A stretch of DNA of 62,076 bases, counting the filler, from Hydrolagus affinis (Eukaryota): assembly GCA_012026655.1 (NCBI GenBank). It is 4 parts of 4 records of this genome, joined end to end, with 100 filler letters (N's around TTAATTAATTAA, not from the genome) between each part and the next. Parts side by side here need not be neighbours in the genome. Positions count along the whole stretch, not along the records: positions 48,048 to 62,076 come from JAAILG010019759.1; 3 more parts are not named here. The stretch is one strand, 5' to 3'. Position 1 is the stretch's first letter, and every line of letters begins with the position of its first letter. Both the position numbers and the translations under genes were made by a program. The notes under the pieces were generated by a model. The model searched no databases and was not told where the DNA came from. It saw nothing but the letters and a program-made list of their open reading frames with translations. Positions 62,012-62,076 of the stretch are shown piece after piece.

Positions 62012-62076
62012 TGGATTGCAGGTACAGAACGTGCACAATTGGAGACATTCCATAGTAAATGGTTTCCAGCCACGCT

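Overview
Vertebrate genomic DNA, most likely a cartilaginous fish and possibly a chimaera (inferred from the CR1/L2 LINEs, the Deu-type and V-type SINEs and the TCR sequences). It consists of four contigs (1-12942, 13043-23153, 23254-47947, 48048-62076) joined by identical artificial 100-nt spacers (44 N + TTAATTAATTAA + 44 N), so order and orientation across the joins are unproven. Contig 1 holds a non-rearranging, germline-joined leader-V(J)-C1-TM receptor gene with a candidate ITSM tail (minus strand). Contig 2 holds a T-cell receptor beta D-J-C unit: a V-beta pseudogene, one D-beta with 12/23 RSS, four J-beta plus a pseudo-J, and a five-exon C-beta (minus). Contig 3 holds a six-Ig-domain PTGFRN (EWI-F/CD9P-1)-like gene (plus) and an unexplained region with exon-like segments. 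Contig 4 holds at least six TCR alpha/delta-type V segments with 23-bp-spacer RSS (minus); two are fully intact and the rest are defective or atypical. The main points of interest are the apparent clustering of TCR-beta DJC, TCR alpha/delta V genes and an antigen-receptor-like VJ-C1 gene within about 60 kb, and oriented CTCF-like motifs around the V array. All exon, RSS and motif coordinates were read by eye; no database search was run.
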